DNA of 62,438 nt, filler included, from Choristocarpus tenellus KU-1152 (taxonomy: Eukaryota; Protista; Phaeophyceae), in NCBI GenBank assembly GCA_964200185.2. It is 14 parts of 14 records of this genome, joined end to end, with 100 filler letters (N's around TTAATTAATTAA, not from the genome) between each part and the next. Parts side by side here need not be neighbours in the genome. Positions count along the whole stretch, not along the records: positions 12,420 to 15,159 come from CAXNAD020025163.1; positions 15,260 to 19,156 come from CAXNAD020017278.1; positions 19,257 to 23,111 come from CAXNAD020017555.1; positions 23,212 to 26,298 come from CAXNAD020022415.1; 10 more parts are not named here. One strand, written 5' to 3'. Positions 12,420-23,329 of the stretch are shown piece after piece. Below the pieces are notes generated by a model that made no database searches, had not been told where the DNA came from, and saw nothing but the letters and a program-made list of their open reading frames with translations. Every line of letters starts with the position of its first letter. The first letter of the stretch is position 1. Both the position numbers and the translations under genes were made by a program.

Positions 12420-14345
12420 GAGGATGTAAGCTGAATGGTTGTATGCCTCTCCCCATAACCACATTTTGTCCTCCAATCCTGCAGAATAAATGCTGGCCCT
12501 GGCACCACTATCCACTTGGGCGATGCGACATTCAACCACACCATTATACTGGGGTTCCCCTGTCCTGGTCATTTCCTGTAACGCACCCATTTCCATAACC
12601 AATTCCTGGAATTCCTCCCCCTGCCGCTCACCCCCTGGATCTTGTCGAATATATTTATTGCGTCGTCCACTTGGAAGTACTTCTGTCATAAACCATCGCC
12701 TAAGAGTTCTTGTAGCATAGCTCTTCTTCGGGAGTAGTCGTTCCAGGTGAAGCGAGTTGCATCATCGACAATTGCCAGGTCGTACTCAGCCCCACCGCAT
12801 GATTTAACTTTCTTCGGTCCTGTGAGGTCAATAAAGATGCGAGTGAAGGGCCCCCTAGCTCGTGCAGTGGTGGATTTTGGGACTGAGTCTTTTAATATAA
12901 TCCCTTTGCGCACCCTATGCACTTTGTTGACGCTAAATTTCCTGTCAGTGTGATTCCTTGTTCCTTAGCAGTGTGTCAAAGAATTTTCTCACCAGCGTGG
13001 TTGAGGATGTGATGAAAAATAGTAATGTGCATGGGTGTTGTAGATACAGTTGCGGTCAAAGGTGTTTCATCTGGGGGTGGTAACCTTTCGGCGTTAGCTG
13101 CATACATGGATCCATTCCACTTGAAAACGAGCGGAAAACCCTCCCCATCACAGATATGATACTCATCACCAATCCATTTGATACTCACTTCCTTAGCCCT
13201 ACCAGCAGAATGTGAAGATGAGCCAAAGTATCTTAGAGGGTAGGGCCGCGTCCCTTTGGGAGCAAAAATCCAATGTTGCGATTTTGATATAATTTTGGCT
13301 ATCGTGTTTGTCAGGAAGTGTCGATATCCTTTTTCTGGAAATACCTTTTCACAACGTATACGTTTTACCTACTCTGAAACATTTTGGAGTAGGTAAATGT
13401 AATTAAAAAACCCATGGGGGGCCAAGCTCCAAATGGACAAACAGGGCAAAACCCATACCCTCTAAGATACTTTCACTCAAGAGAGAAGATTGAAAGCTAC
13501 TTTCGGGACATATGCAACAGATGTCAAAATTACATGCACCCACTCATCACGACCAACATTGAAATTTAAATCAATTTTGCCATATCCCATAATGGGTAGT
13601 GATGTTCCGTAAGCCACGGTCATGTTGTGGCCATGTAGACATGGGGCGAAGTCATACATGTACTTTGAGTCTTTTGTTACACTGTTGGAAGCACCCGAAT
13701 CAAAACTCCACGTTTCGAAAGCATTCAATCTCACCTTGCCATTATCAGCCACAGTGGCTAACATGGTCTTGAACTTCATTCCAGTTTTAGCCGGTTCCTC
13801 TGATCCAGCTAGTACTCCCGCCGACTCTAACGGGTTCGCCCTCTGACGATATGAACTTACCACCGACTTTGGTGGTTCTGCCCTCGTCTGAGGGCTTGCC
13901 TTCCTCTGAAGACTTGCCCTCCTCTGAGGGCAAACAGCTTGCTGGTGGCCAATCTTCCCACAGCTATAACACGATCCACTGAATGTACAGGAACCGAAAT
14001 GCTTCGCCAATCCACACATATCGCAACTCTCTCGGACCTTGGTAAGCGCCCTGGAACGGGATCCTATCGTCCCAGGGTCAATACGGTGACCAGTCGTACA
14101 ACGGCTGCCATCTCGGCCAGCCTTTTTCACGGTCCTCGCGGCCAGAGCACTCCCAGGCTCTCCGCGATCTCCTACCTCTCGTTGGAGGGAGAAGTAGCGC
14201 GAACGAGCAGCTTGCTGTGACGTAGCTCTCGAACCCTGGCCTTGGTGATCTCATCTTCATCCACAGCTTCCTTCTAGGTGAAATCTTTATCACCCACTCT
14301 GATGAGTTTCTTCTGACCCCGCGTGAGACCCATCAGAAGCCATGA
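12420..14345 (-). mobile_element. Degenerate Ty1/Copia LTR retrotransposon (gag Zn knuckle, protease, GAG-pre-integrase, integrase core)
   Basis: CYSCGKIGHQQAVC knuckle; WSFDSGASNSV protease; VAYVPKVAFNLLS; FHHILNH pre-integrase motif; PFTRIFIDLTGP..IVDDATRFTW and GEPQYNGVVE integrase motifs. Integrase directly follows protease (Copia order). Confidence 0.93.
13220..13478 (-). mobile_element. MITE family A, full-length copy nested in the Copia pol
   Basis: TIRs GAGCCAAAGTATCTTAGAGGGTA ... TACCCTCTAAGATACTTTCACTC; removing it rejoins two Copia ORFs in frame. Confidence 0.93.
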
Positions 14346-14690
14346 GTAATGCAATACCTAATTTAAAAAAAACAGTCCGGCTGCGCTACCCCTAGCTAGA
14401 GTTTTTATTAGGCGCTTAAGTGTGTTGAAAAGCTTGGCGCACGTAAGGCTCGTCACCGAAAGCTAGCAGTTGAATTGCATGGTAAAGCACACACTGAATT
14501 ATTGATTATCCGCAAGGTATTGTCCACTTGATGCTATTGTCCCACTATACCATTTGTAATGTCCCACTAACGCACCATAACATACCGCTGTGTACGTTAC
14601 TACCTTGTATTGTACTAAACTAAAGATCAACGTACATATAAGCTATATTGTTTACTTGGATCAGCACAGATAACGTAAGGATAACACTAG

Positions 14691-14820
14691 GTTATTCTAC
14701 AACCTCGACTCCAAGATGCACCACCCTACCGGCTCAAGAGTGTTCCCGAAGACGTCATCCTGAAGGTGGAGCAGCGGTACCAGGCGTCGCATGAGCGCCT
14801 CGCTGATGCGTACCCACTGG
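14691..14820 (+). CDS. Possible isolated host exon of unknown protein
   Basis: CTAG acceptor, open frame VILQPRLQDAPPYRLKSVPEDVILKVEQRYQASHERLADAYPL, strong G|GTAAGT donor, GC-richer than flanks. Confidence 0.3.
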
Positions 14821-15306
14821 GTAAGTGGAACATTTCGTGAGGGGAGTTGATGGCCAATTTCTTTTTCGGTGGCAACCAAAAAATCTGGAGCAACTTCTGT
14901 ACGAGGCAGCCTTTACAGCCTTTACAAAAAACAACCTTGAAAAAAAATCAATTTTCATGCGTAGTGATCGTCGTGTGTCACAATAAACAAGTACTATAGA
15001 TTACCCCTGATAAATGTTTTGAGGGTGCTAGCAGCTAACACTTCTAAATGCTACTAGCATCAGATACTTTGGCAATTGAATTCGTCACTGTTGAGTAAAA
15101 GACGGGTACTTGTGAGCAGTGTTGTCGTGTTGTCGTAGCAGCGGAGTCCCCCAAGACGCNNNNNNNNNNNNNNNNNNNNNNNNNNNNNNNNNNNNNNNNN
15201 NNNTTAATTAATTAANNNNNNNNNNNNNNNNNNNNNNNNNNNNNNNNNNNNNNNNNNNNCAACACAGGGTGCAGCCAACCTCTCCACAACCAAGGGAAAA
15301 ACCAAC

Positions 15307-16282
15307 CTCTTTGTTCGCGGCGTAGATCACAATTGTTGACTTGTAAGGCATGAACTGCCCGTATGTATCAGCCCAGTAGTCTATCCAGGACATCACCAGG
15401 TCTAACTTCAGACCCATGTCCTTATCTTTGTCCGTACCCTTCCTGTTGTTGTAGCGCACGATAAATGGATGGGATATGTGTTGGAGGGTTGATACAAGGG
15501 ACGGGGGATGGAAACCTATAGGTATCATATGCCAGCAGCGGATCATATACTCTGTATATATTTAGGCGTGGTACATGATGCAGCAGCGCAGGGACAGTCG
15601 GATGAGATTATATTGTTGAAGCATGAAAAACGTATCGCACGTGCATATACATACATAGGTCAGTCATTACTCCACGCTGAAGGGATCTCTAGCTTTGTAC
15701 ATCAGACATCTAGGGATGGTAACTGCAAAGTGAACCGGGTGAGTACGGTCGGATCACATTGTTCTCAGATAGGACTTCTATTGTGTGTTCAAGCGGGGGG
15801 AAACAAGACCTTGGTACAAGTGACACTGTGTACATACTTCAAACCCACCTCCTCACGCTGGCTGATGCTCTTGCTTTAGGTGTACCTTTGCAGGCGTCGA
15901 TGACATGATGTGATATCCCGAACGATGCCTGGAAGAACTTCGTGCAGACTGGAATGCCGGCCGCGAGCATAGATCCACTTCCAGGTCCCAACTTAACCGC
16001 AGGTACACGCTCGCTAACGAACTCCTTACGATCTTGGCGGTTGTCACACGCCCGTATGATGTCCTGCTCTTTGGCCAAGGTGCGTGCAAGGAAGGACTCG
16101 CCATCTGCCGTGAACTTCGTAACGCAGGCTAAGTGCGTGCAGCAATGAATCTGGGATGGGTTCAGTCCACCCCGATCGAAGCTTGGCACCGGTAACTGAA
16201 GCATCATTGACATGAAGCTCCAGCACATCATTGTTGGCGGGCTGGTGTGGGGGCAACGCGGGGGGAGACGTAGGCGACACAA
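15307..16282 (-). mobile_element. N-terminal part of a spliced Sola2/DUF7869-like DNA transposase (exons ~16282-15849 and 15442-15307); probably a pseudogene, catalytic part off contig
   Basis: CC..AC...F, then GIPVCTKFFQASFGIS (VC..F...GIS motif), then after a phase-consistent GT-AG intron SWIDYWADTYGQFMP..STIVI...NKE (W......G..MP motif). This succession is typical of Sola2/DUF7869-type transposase N-termini. No DDD triad is visible in the window. Confidence 0.55.
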
Positions 16283-16389
16283 GCCACCCCTTTACCTGTG
16301 GAAGCAACTGGCATGGTTTTTTCGAGCAACAGGCGTTCTTGGGCAGTAGTGAGAAGGTATAGGAGTTATTAGATTTGAAGACGAGCGTA

Positions 16390-17015
16390 TGAACTCTGTT
16401 TTATCCTTTTCATGATCGGTGAGACCACCCTTTCGATCCCACCGATCCTGAAAATCCGTGCGTTACATTTTTCAAAAGTTGTAGGGCAGATTATATCCAT
16501 GATTTCTATTTTTGAAAAAATCCAATTATATCAGTGATTTATAGTCTTTAAGATGCCAATCACGTAATTAATTGTTAGTGTATATTTTCAATATTCCTAA
16601 ATCAACTTTGTTTCATCCTCGGGCGATAGATGGGACCACCCTTTCGATCCCACCGATCCTGAAAATCCGTTCGTTACATTTTTCAGAAGTTGTAAATCAG
16701 ATTATATCCGTGATTTATATTATTGGAAATTCCAAATGTATCAGTGTTTGTATTTTTGAAGATACCAAACACATACTTCATTGTTATTGTTCATTTCCAA
16801 TGTTCCGAAGTCAACTTTGATTCATCCTCGGGCTGTCAGTGGAACCATCCTCTTGATCCCACCAAAATTGAAAAATCCGTGCGTCACATTTTCAGAAGAG
16901 GTTGTAAATCAGATACTTCCCGTTAATTATATTTCTATAAAATACAATTATATCAGGAGTGATTTGTATTTTTGAAGATATCAATCACATACTTATTTTA
17001 TCTTGTATGTTTCCA
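16390..17015. repeat. Tandem array of ~210-bp AT-rich units (~3 copies)
   Basis: Motif GACCACCCTTTCGATCCCACCGATCCTGAAAATCCGT recurs at 16423, 16634 and, diverged, at ~16843, with collinear downstream sequence. Confidence 0.9.
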
Positions 17016-17099
17016 CTTTACAGCAACCAGGTTTAGGCAAAAAATAACCCCAGCCCTCTACGTAAATGAAGTCCAGCAACTTATCGAAACGGATAAGAT

Positions 17100-17297
17100 T
17101 AGTGAAAATATATTGGAGGGTACGTTTTTAGCCTTGTTTGTCCGTTTGGGGCTTGGCATCACACGTTTTTTTTCAAGACGTTTTCCTATTCCTGAATAAT
17201 TTAGAGTAGGTGTGTATGGAAAAAGGATATTGACACTCCCTAACATACACAACAGCCCAAAATTAATCAAAAACGTAGCATTTGAATTTTGCCCCAA
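17100..17297 (+). mobile_element. MITE family A, diverged and truncated copy
   Basis: tAGTGAAAaTATaTTGGAGGGTACG start and collinear internal sequence; right TIR missing. Confidence 0.75.
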
Positions 17298-17313
17298 ATT
17301 CACAACAAACAGA

Positions 17314-17575
17314 GAGCCAAAGTATCTTAGAGGGTAGAGTCGCGTCCGTTTGGGAGCCAAAATCCAACATATAGTTTTGGACATAGTTTTGGTCATCTTG
17401 TTTGTTATGAAGTATCAATATCCATGTTCTGGACACAGTTTTCCATAACATTTACATTTTACCCACTACTCCAAAACGTTTTGGAATAGGAAAGTGTCAA
17501 AACGAAACCCACCAGAAGCCAAGCCTCAAATTGAGAAACAGAACAAAAGTCGTACCCTCTAAAAAACTTTCACTC
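17314..17575 (-). mobile_element. MITE family A, full-length copy with 3-bp flanking duplication AGA/AGA
   Basis: GAGCCAAAGTATCTTAGAGGGTA ... TACCCTCTAAAAAACTTTCACTC. Confidence 0.9.
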
Positions 17576-17717
17576 AGACTCGACCCTAACCTTTAACTTG
17601 CTCTGAGTCATACGGTGATTGTCATAAACGTATTTGTCGAAAATAATAGTCAAGTTATGTAAACGTGCACACCACTAAGAATGAATTCGATACGAGTAAC
17701 TTAACACGTGCGTTAGA

Positions 17718-17895
17718 GTTTAAATAAACCCTAAACCACTAAAGACCGTGATTAGGGTTTATTTAAACCCTAAGGACGGACTTGAGGGGTCTCAAACGTT
17801 TCAATTTCAGAAACCTAAGAGGTCATTCCAACTTGGAAACATGGTTTAAATGAACCCTAAACACACTAAGTGTGTTTAGGGTTCATTTAAACCAT
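17718..17895. repeat. Two related palindromes: 17718-17768 (17-bp arms, 17-nt spacer) and 17841-17895 (perfect 27-bp arms, 1-nt centre)
   Basis: GTTTAAATAAACCCTAA...TTAGGGTTTATTTAAAC and ATGGTTTAAATGAACCCTAAACACACT-A-AGTGTGTTTAGGGTTCATTTAAACCAT. Confidence 0.95.
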
Positions 17896-18330
17896 ATGTT
17901 GCATAAAGAAGCGGCTCTATCGTATTCCTTTTTACCAGTAACCATGAATACCGTTGAACACTCAGAACATGTGCAGTAGGGTTTTTCCAAAATTAGAATG
18001 GTAGTCTAATCTTTACACCAACAATACAGATACAAACCACATTCCTTATTGATATCATGCGTTCAAAACGTGATAGTAGGCCGAAAGGGTCACGAAAATA
18101 CAGACACCCTCTGTCTCAGTTCAATATGAAATCATATGCTGTTTGATATTCGTATTTTTGTAACGCGAATCTCATAAGAAATGTGCAATCTGAGTTTTTA
18201 GGATCGAAAGGTCAGACCACATAAAACAGCACCTACCATCCCTCAGTCCTCATTTCAATTCATTCCCTTCCGTAGATACCAAGCAGACCTCTTACTTACC
18301 CATCCCCATAACACTAACCCAATCTTTGTC

Positions 18331-19123
18331 ATGTCCAACATTTCAAGAACAACAACCCACCCGCCCGCCGATGGGAAAGGTTTCGAACCCAGAAGCCAGG
18401 ACCTACGCCAAGTTAGCATGTCCCGGCTATTGGATGATCATTATCTGGGGTCATTTAAAATGAAGCTGGGGAATATTACATGCACGGATATGGTGCGTCC
18501 CCTGAGTGGGCGGGGTCTAGGAGTGCGTGACTAAATCCATACATGATAAAGGCTGGCTGGACCAGTTCGCCCTGAGTGTTGTCGTACAGCGAGAAGGCTT
18601 AGGCAATGTGGACCATCTCAACGACGAAACAGCGCTTGCCATCGAAGGGCGAGTATTGGACGGAAACCATAGGATAACGGTGCTGAAGAGATTGTTTGAT
18701 CCCGAGCGCGCTTTCACCATTCGGATCTACATAGAGTTCAACCAAACAGAAGAGAGGCTAATTGCCAACGGTGGGTGACGGAGTGTTTTCGTTGTTCCAT
18801 AATCGCCTGATGACTATTCTGATATGTGAAGTTGTTGTCGAGTTTGCCTTGCTATGTTCATTGACAGTAAGTCCATTGTGGTCCTTTTCTTTCCTCATCA
18901 TTTGTATCCATCGTGGTATTCCTGTCCACAGCAATATGTTTCTCGGTGCCGCAGGCCGCGTGTGTCCCGCGATCGCTCTCCACCTAACCCTTGTCCCGTT
19001 CACCCACTGCACCGCTACGCTTATTGCATTCAACGAAGCGACAGAGAGTGTGGTTGAGCGCACGTTATACGATAAGATATATTTTCAGCACAAGCTCCAA
19101 GAAGCTATCAAGCGACAGAGGAA
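18331..19123 (+). pseudogene. ParB/Sulfiredoxin-like domain protein, spliced, one frameshift (~18520), interrupted by a MITE at the contig end
   Basis: Reconstructed ...MVRPLSGRGL(fs)ECVTKSIHDKGWLDQFALSVVV...GRVLDGNHRITVLKRL...EERLIAN|AFNEATESVVERTLYDKI fits the ParB/Srx pattern R......L..SI...G.....V...DGxHR..A/V...A...N. Donor G|GTGGGT at 18771; the acceptor is uncertain (degenerate near 19026, or an in-frame CAG near 18954). Confidence 0.7.
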
Positions 19124-19156
19124 GAACCAAAGTATCTCAGAGGGTAGAGCCGTGTC
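19124..19156 (-). mobile_element. MITE family A terminus inserted in the ParB-like gene
   Basis: GAACCAAAGTATCTCAGAGGGTAGAGCCGTGTC matches the family A end. Confidence 0.8.
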
Positions 19157-20141
19157 NNNNNNNNNNNNNNNNNNNNNNNNNNNNNNNNNNNNNNNNNNNN
19201 TTAATTAATTAANNNNNNNNNNNNNNNNNNNNNNNNNNNNNNNNNNNNNNNNNNNNCAGACACCAAGCAATCTCGCCAGGTTTATCACCTTTATCCTCTT
19301 TGATGATTTTGGGGATACTTCAACTCAACTCAGCAAGCAACCACTAAATGACAAGCCAAGCAAACTAAGAGCGAACACACCAATGGGGTACAAACCCCTC
19401 TCCTACATCCTTCACCCCTCCACCTCTCCTGTCATTCCATGGACAATTTCAGAAGTGGGCAGGTTGCATACTCTATCACCAACCCTTCATTGCATCGATT
19501 GAAAAGCAGTGCAACATCCGTCACCCCAGCCCCTCTCCCCAACAACATCACCACCATGTCCAACTCTCCTCACCAACTTGCGCCTGCCCCCTGCAGCAGT
19601 GCCCCTTCCTAAATCAGTCCATGTCATCATCACCACCTGCCTCAACAGCATCTGCTATGTTTGGTTCCACCCCAACTGATACCTCCTCAAAGTTTTCCAT
19701 TGGTTCAGTATCAAAGTCATGGGGGCACGTCATCCTCTGCTAGCCCAGATATGGGAGAGTCATCTCCCCCAGTCCCAGCCTCTACAGGTGAGGGGGCATC
19801 ATCACCACTGTCTTCACCCACAATAACAAAGCCCTGCACCCAGCCCTGCCCTGCTCCCTGAGCAATATCCTGGGGTGCCACCTTGTTAGCAACTGTGTCA
19901 CCTCTATCATCTGCTTCACTCCCCCCTTTGGCCAACGGCAAATCCGGACCAAACACCCCTGACTGGTGGGTGTGATTGGAGGAAGTAGGCACAGGGTCAG
20001 CATAGGGTTGATCATTGAAAGCAGATTGACAAGCTAGTAGTGGGGGGAGGGGACATTGGCACAGAGAAGGGTGCATATGGTGAACTACCACGAGTATACT
20101 GGAGGGTAGACAACTTTGATGTCAGGCAGGGGGCTGTGAGT

Positions 20142-20381
20142 GAGTGAAAGTATCTTAGAGGGTACTAATTTTGCCCTGTTTGTTTGTTTGACGTTTTTTT
20201 ATGACATTTTCCAAATTCCGAAAAGTTTTGGTGTACGTTTTCGAGTAGGTACCATCCATATGTCCAGACAAGGATATTAACACTTCCTAACATACATGAG
20301 AGCCAAAATTACGTCAACATCGCAACGTTGGATTTTGGCCCCAAATGGGTGCGACTCTACCCTCTTAAGATACTTTGACTC
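20142..20381 (+). mobile_element. MITE family A copy with internal deletions; flanked by GAGT/GAGT
   Basis: Both TIRs are present. Confidence 0.88.
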
Positions 20382-20809
20382 GAGTATCTGTACTGTACAA
20401 TACAAGTAATAGAAACATTGTGCTCGTGTTGGCGAGAGCATAGCATGTACAATGCCTGGGTGTACACAGGTAATACATAGAAAGGCAAGCCTGAGAAACA
20501 GATAATGGCTCACATGGTAAACGTCAGAAGACAGGAAAGTTACAACTCAAGAAAATTTGAAGGGATATAAAAAAGAGAGATACCAAAACACAAAAAGTAG
20601 TCGCTGCAGTAAACAGGTACCAAACTAACAAGGAGGGATAGGTAGCGGTCACAGCCTCAACTCTTTTCAGTATGCCAATGGTTACACAGAGTGAGCTAGT
20701 GATTCCGACTATCTGAAAACCTTGAAAAAAAACAGTACACAGTATTCGAGAGGGCGGGAGGTGGGGAGGGCGGCCCTGGCAATCGAACAGAATGTTGTGA
20801 CTCCTTATG

Positions 20810-21000
20810 GGCTCAAAGTATCTGGTTGGGGGGTAGTGGCTGTCCATTCGGGGCCGATTTTTCAATGTCGCGACTTTTGTGTGATTTGGTTGCATGCGTC
20901 GGATGGATAGTGTAAGTGCACTTTTCCTGGTAAGGGCCCGAATGGACACCCTGATGTAGACCCCCCCCCCCCCCCCCCCCCCCACCAGATACTTTGAGCC
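20810..21000 (+). mobile_element. MITE family B, full-length (~190 bp) with subterminal poly-C/G tract and 3-bp TSD ATG/ATG
   Basis: TIRs GGCTCAAAGTATCTGGT ... ACCAGATACTTTGAGCC; a homologous copy starts at 51323. Confidence 0.92.
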
Positions 21001-21585
21001 ATGAATGACATCAGACCTAAATCCCAACCTTGAAACAGCAACAACAAACGTGCAACAGGACTATTCATCAGGACCAATTCGTAGGCTGGTCAGAGCTCCA
21101 ATGTTTTCTGACATGTCTGGACCAGGTTCATCTAGTACCGGAACCAGGTGGGGTGGATAAGTCCCAATATTTTTCAGACTGAGGTCCAACCGTGATAGAA
21201 CCCCGAACAGTACAAGGGCGTGGCTAAGGGGATACAAAGAAAAAAAAATCCCTTATGTACTGGGGTGATTTGGACCCAGGTCCAAGTAAGTTCTGACAGA
21301 GCAAGTGTTTAGCTGTCAACTATTTCAAAATGGCCGGACAACAGGCTGGTGCAGTCCTAATATATTATATCAGTTTGGTTCATGGCTTCAGTAATTGATT
21401 GGGGTGGGGGGGGAGTGCCTAAAAAAGGGAGGCAATGTGCGAAGGATAGAGGTGATCTGAACACATGCAGACAATACCATAGTGTTGTTGCACTCATTGT
21501 TATATAAAATAGAACAGGCAACCTTTTTTTAATTCTTCCACTCGGTGACAAAAACCCACGTTTTTCTATTCCAACGCAAACAACT

Positions 21586-21607
21586 CTAACCCTAACCCTA
21601 ACCCTAA
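21586..21607 (-). repeat. Short interstitial telomere-type (CCCTAA)n repeat
   Basis: ctaaccctaaccctaaccctaa. Confidence 0.8.
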
Positions 21608-21908
21608 TCTTAATGATTTTTTAAATCATACTTAACTATTATCGCTCCTCAGCTATAACCCTAACCCTATCTCCAAACTCTAATGGATCCTTCGTTGGTT
21701 CACTCCCTCACTCCCTCACTCTCTCACTCCCTCACCTTCACAGGCTTTAGCAGTGTGGCAGTCATCATAGCTGGCGTTCTCTGCACCATGAGCTTGCCTC
21801 TCCCAAAGGCAAGCTTGTCAGACCTGCGAGTGCCACTTGTGTGTGATCTGGGCCTGAGTATTTAAATACAGCTGTCCCCTTGGGTTCTCTGGTGGAGTCC
21901 TGCACAAG

Positions 21909-22270
21909 TGCAGTGCAGCAGTACAGTATCAGTACAGTATCAGTACAGTATCAGTACAGTACCAGTCAGTGTTGATAAGATTAGTACAACATGGTACCAA
22001 GTACAACACAGCACCGTAACAGTATATTACAGAAATTGCTGGGTTCGGTGCGGCACAGTACCAGTATGGGATAGTACCATAAGAGTACAGCACATTGACA
22101 AAAACGATAGGTATAGCACTTTATATGCAGTGGTGGTGCATTAGTAGAGTACAGGTACAGCACTCTATACTAAAGTAATGGTACAGTTCAGTACGATACA
22201 GGATCAGTATGGTGGAGTACTATACTGTTAGAGTACTTCACTCTATTGCTAAGGTTCAGTACAGTACCAT
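21909..22270. repeat. Degenerate CAGTA/CAGTAT-based simple-sequence region
   Basis: (CAGTACAGTAT)n core at ~21919-21965 decaying into AGTAC-rich sequence. Confidence 0.7.
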
Positions 22271-23064
22271 AACCGAAATCAGAAGTGGAGCAAAAACATC
22301 ATTTGGTGTAAGCAGTAAAACGAATGCCAACATCTAGAACCAATTCTATTTTTTTCAGGAAGTATGCTAAGACAGACAAGAGTCCAACCACCAAGCCCAT
22401 GAGGTATCAGCACCAGCTGAGCTGTATCTACATACTCCCTACAATTTTTCAAATGGTCTTAAGAGGCAGGAAGCAACCAAGTCCTCCATATTTAGTCTCT
22501 TGTACCATATGTACATTACAACTCAGCAGGTCTTCAGACACAAACATACATTTCCATGTATCTTTGCAAATCCTCTCTCTTCTTGCATGCAAATATAGTG
22601 CAACTGAAATCTGTAGTATTGTGAACCAAAATAACACACGACAACGATTAAATCAGTTACACACACAAAAATGATTAGTCAAATAGAATAAAATATAATT
22701 GAACCAAAGGTATAGAAGACCAAAAACTCCAAAGCCCCCACAGGTCTCAGCAGGCAGAGATCCGAACCCATGAACAGTAGTGAAATACGTAGTGAGTTGT
22801 GGGTAGTGACACCTTGTGATCAATATGTAGGTTTCATGCGACTTCCAAGACGATCATTTGTCATGCTTCCACTTGTATTGGGAGCAAAACACCCAACCCA
22901 AAAAACCTAAACTATTTAGTTCAGTTAGGGTTAGGGTTATTCCAACTAATCCAGCGGAAGTCGATTGAGCTGTCGTGATTGACAACACTGCACATGTGCC
23001 ACGTCAATTACTCACAATCATGACGCCTCCTTAAACATAAAACCCTGCCATGTCCCACGTCCAT

Positions 23065-23111
23065 GACCCAAAGTATCTGGGGGGGGGGGGTCTACACCAG
23101 GTGTCCATTTG
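23065..23111 (-). mobile_element. MITE family B terminus (contig end)
   Basis: GACCCAAAGTATCT-polyG-TCTACACCAGGTGTCCATTTG. Confidence 0.85.
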
Positions 23112-23329
23112 NNNNNNNNNNNNNNNNNNNNNNNNNNNNNNNNNNNNNNNNNNNNTTAATTAATTAANNNNNNNNNNNNNNNNNNNNNNNNNNNNNNNNN
23201 NNNNNNNNNNNCACTACCCCCCTTTTGACCGGGCCCGAACCATAGTAGCAGCTGCCCCCGCCTATGCATCTCTAATAAAGGATGTGCCCCCCCCCCCCCG
23301 CCCCCACTGTCAAAATCCCCATCGCACAC

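Noticed and set aside
14325-14345. CA|TGG resembling an LTR end plus primer-binding site of the Copia element
   Set aside because: Cannot be matched to a tRNA 3' end by eye, and it reads equally well as the gag start codon (ATG GCT TCT GAT).
19257-20100. GC-rich coding-like segment (ORF 19717-20091)
   Set aside because: Low-complexity, with multiple stops and no motif; probably TE debris but cannot be assigned.
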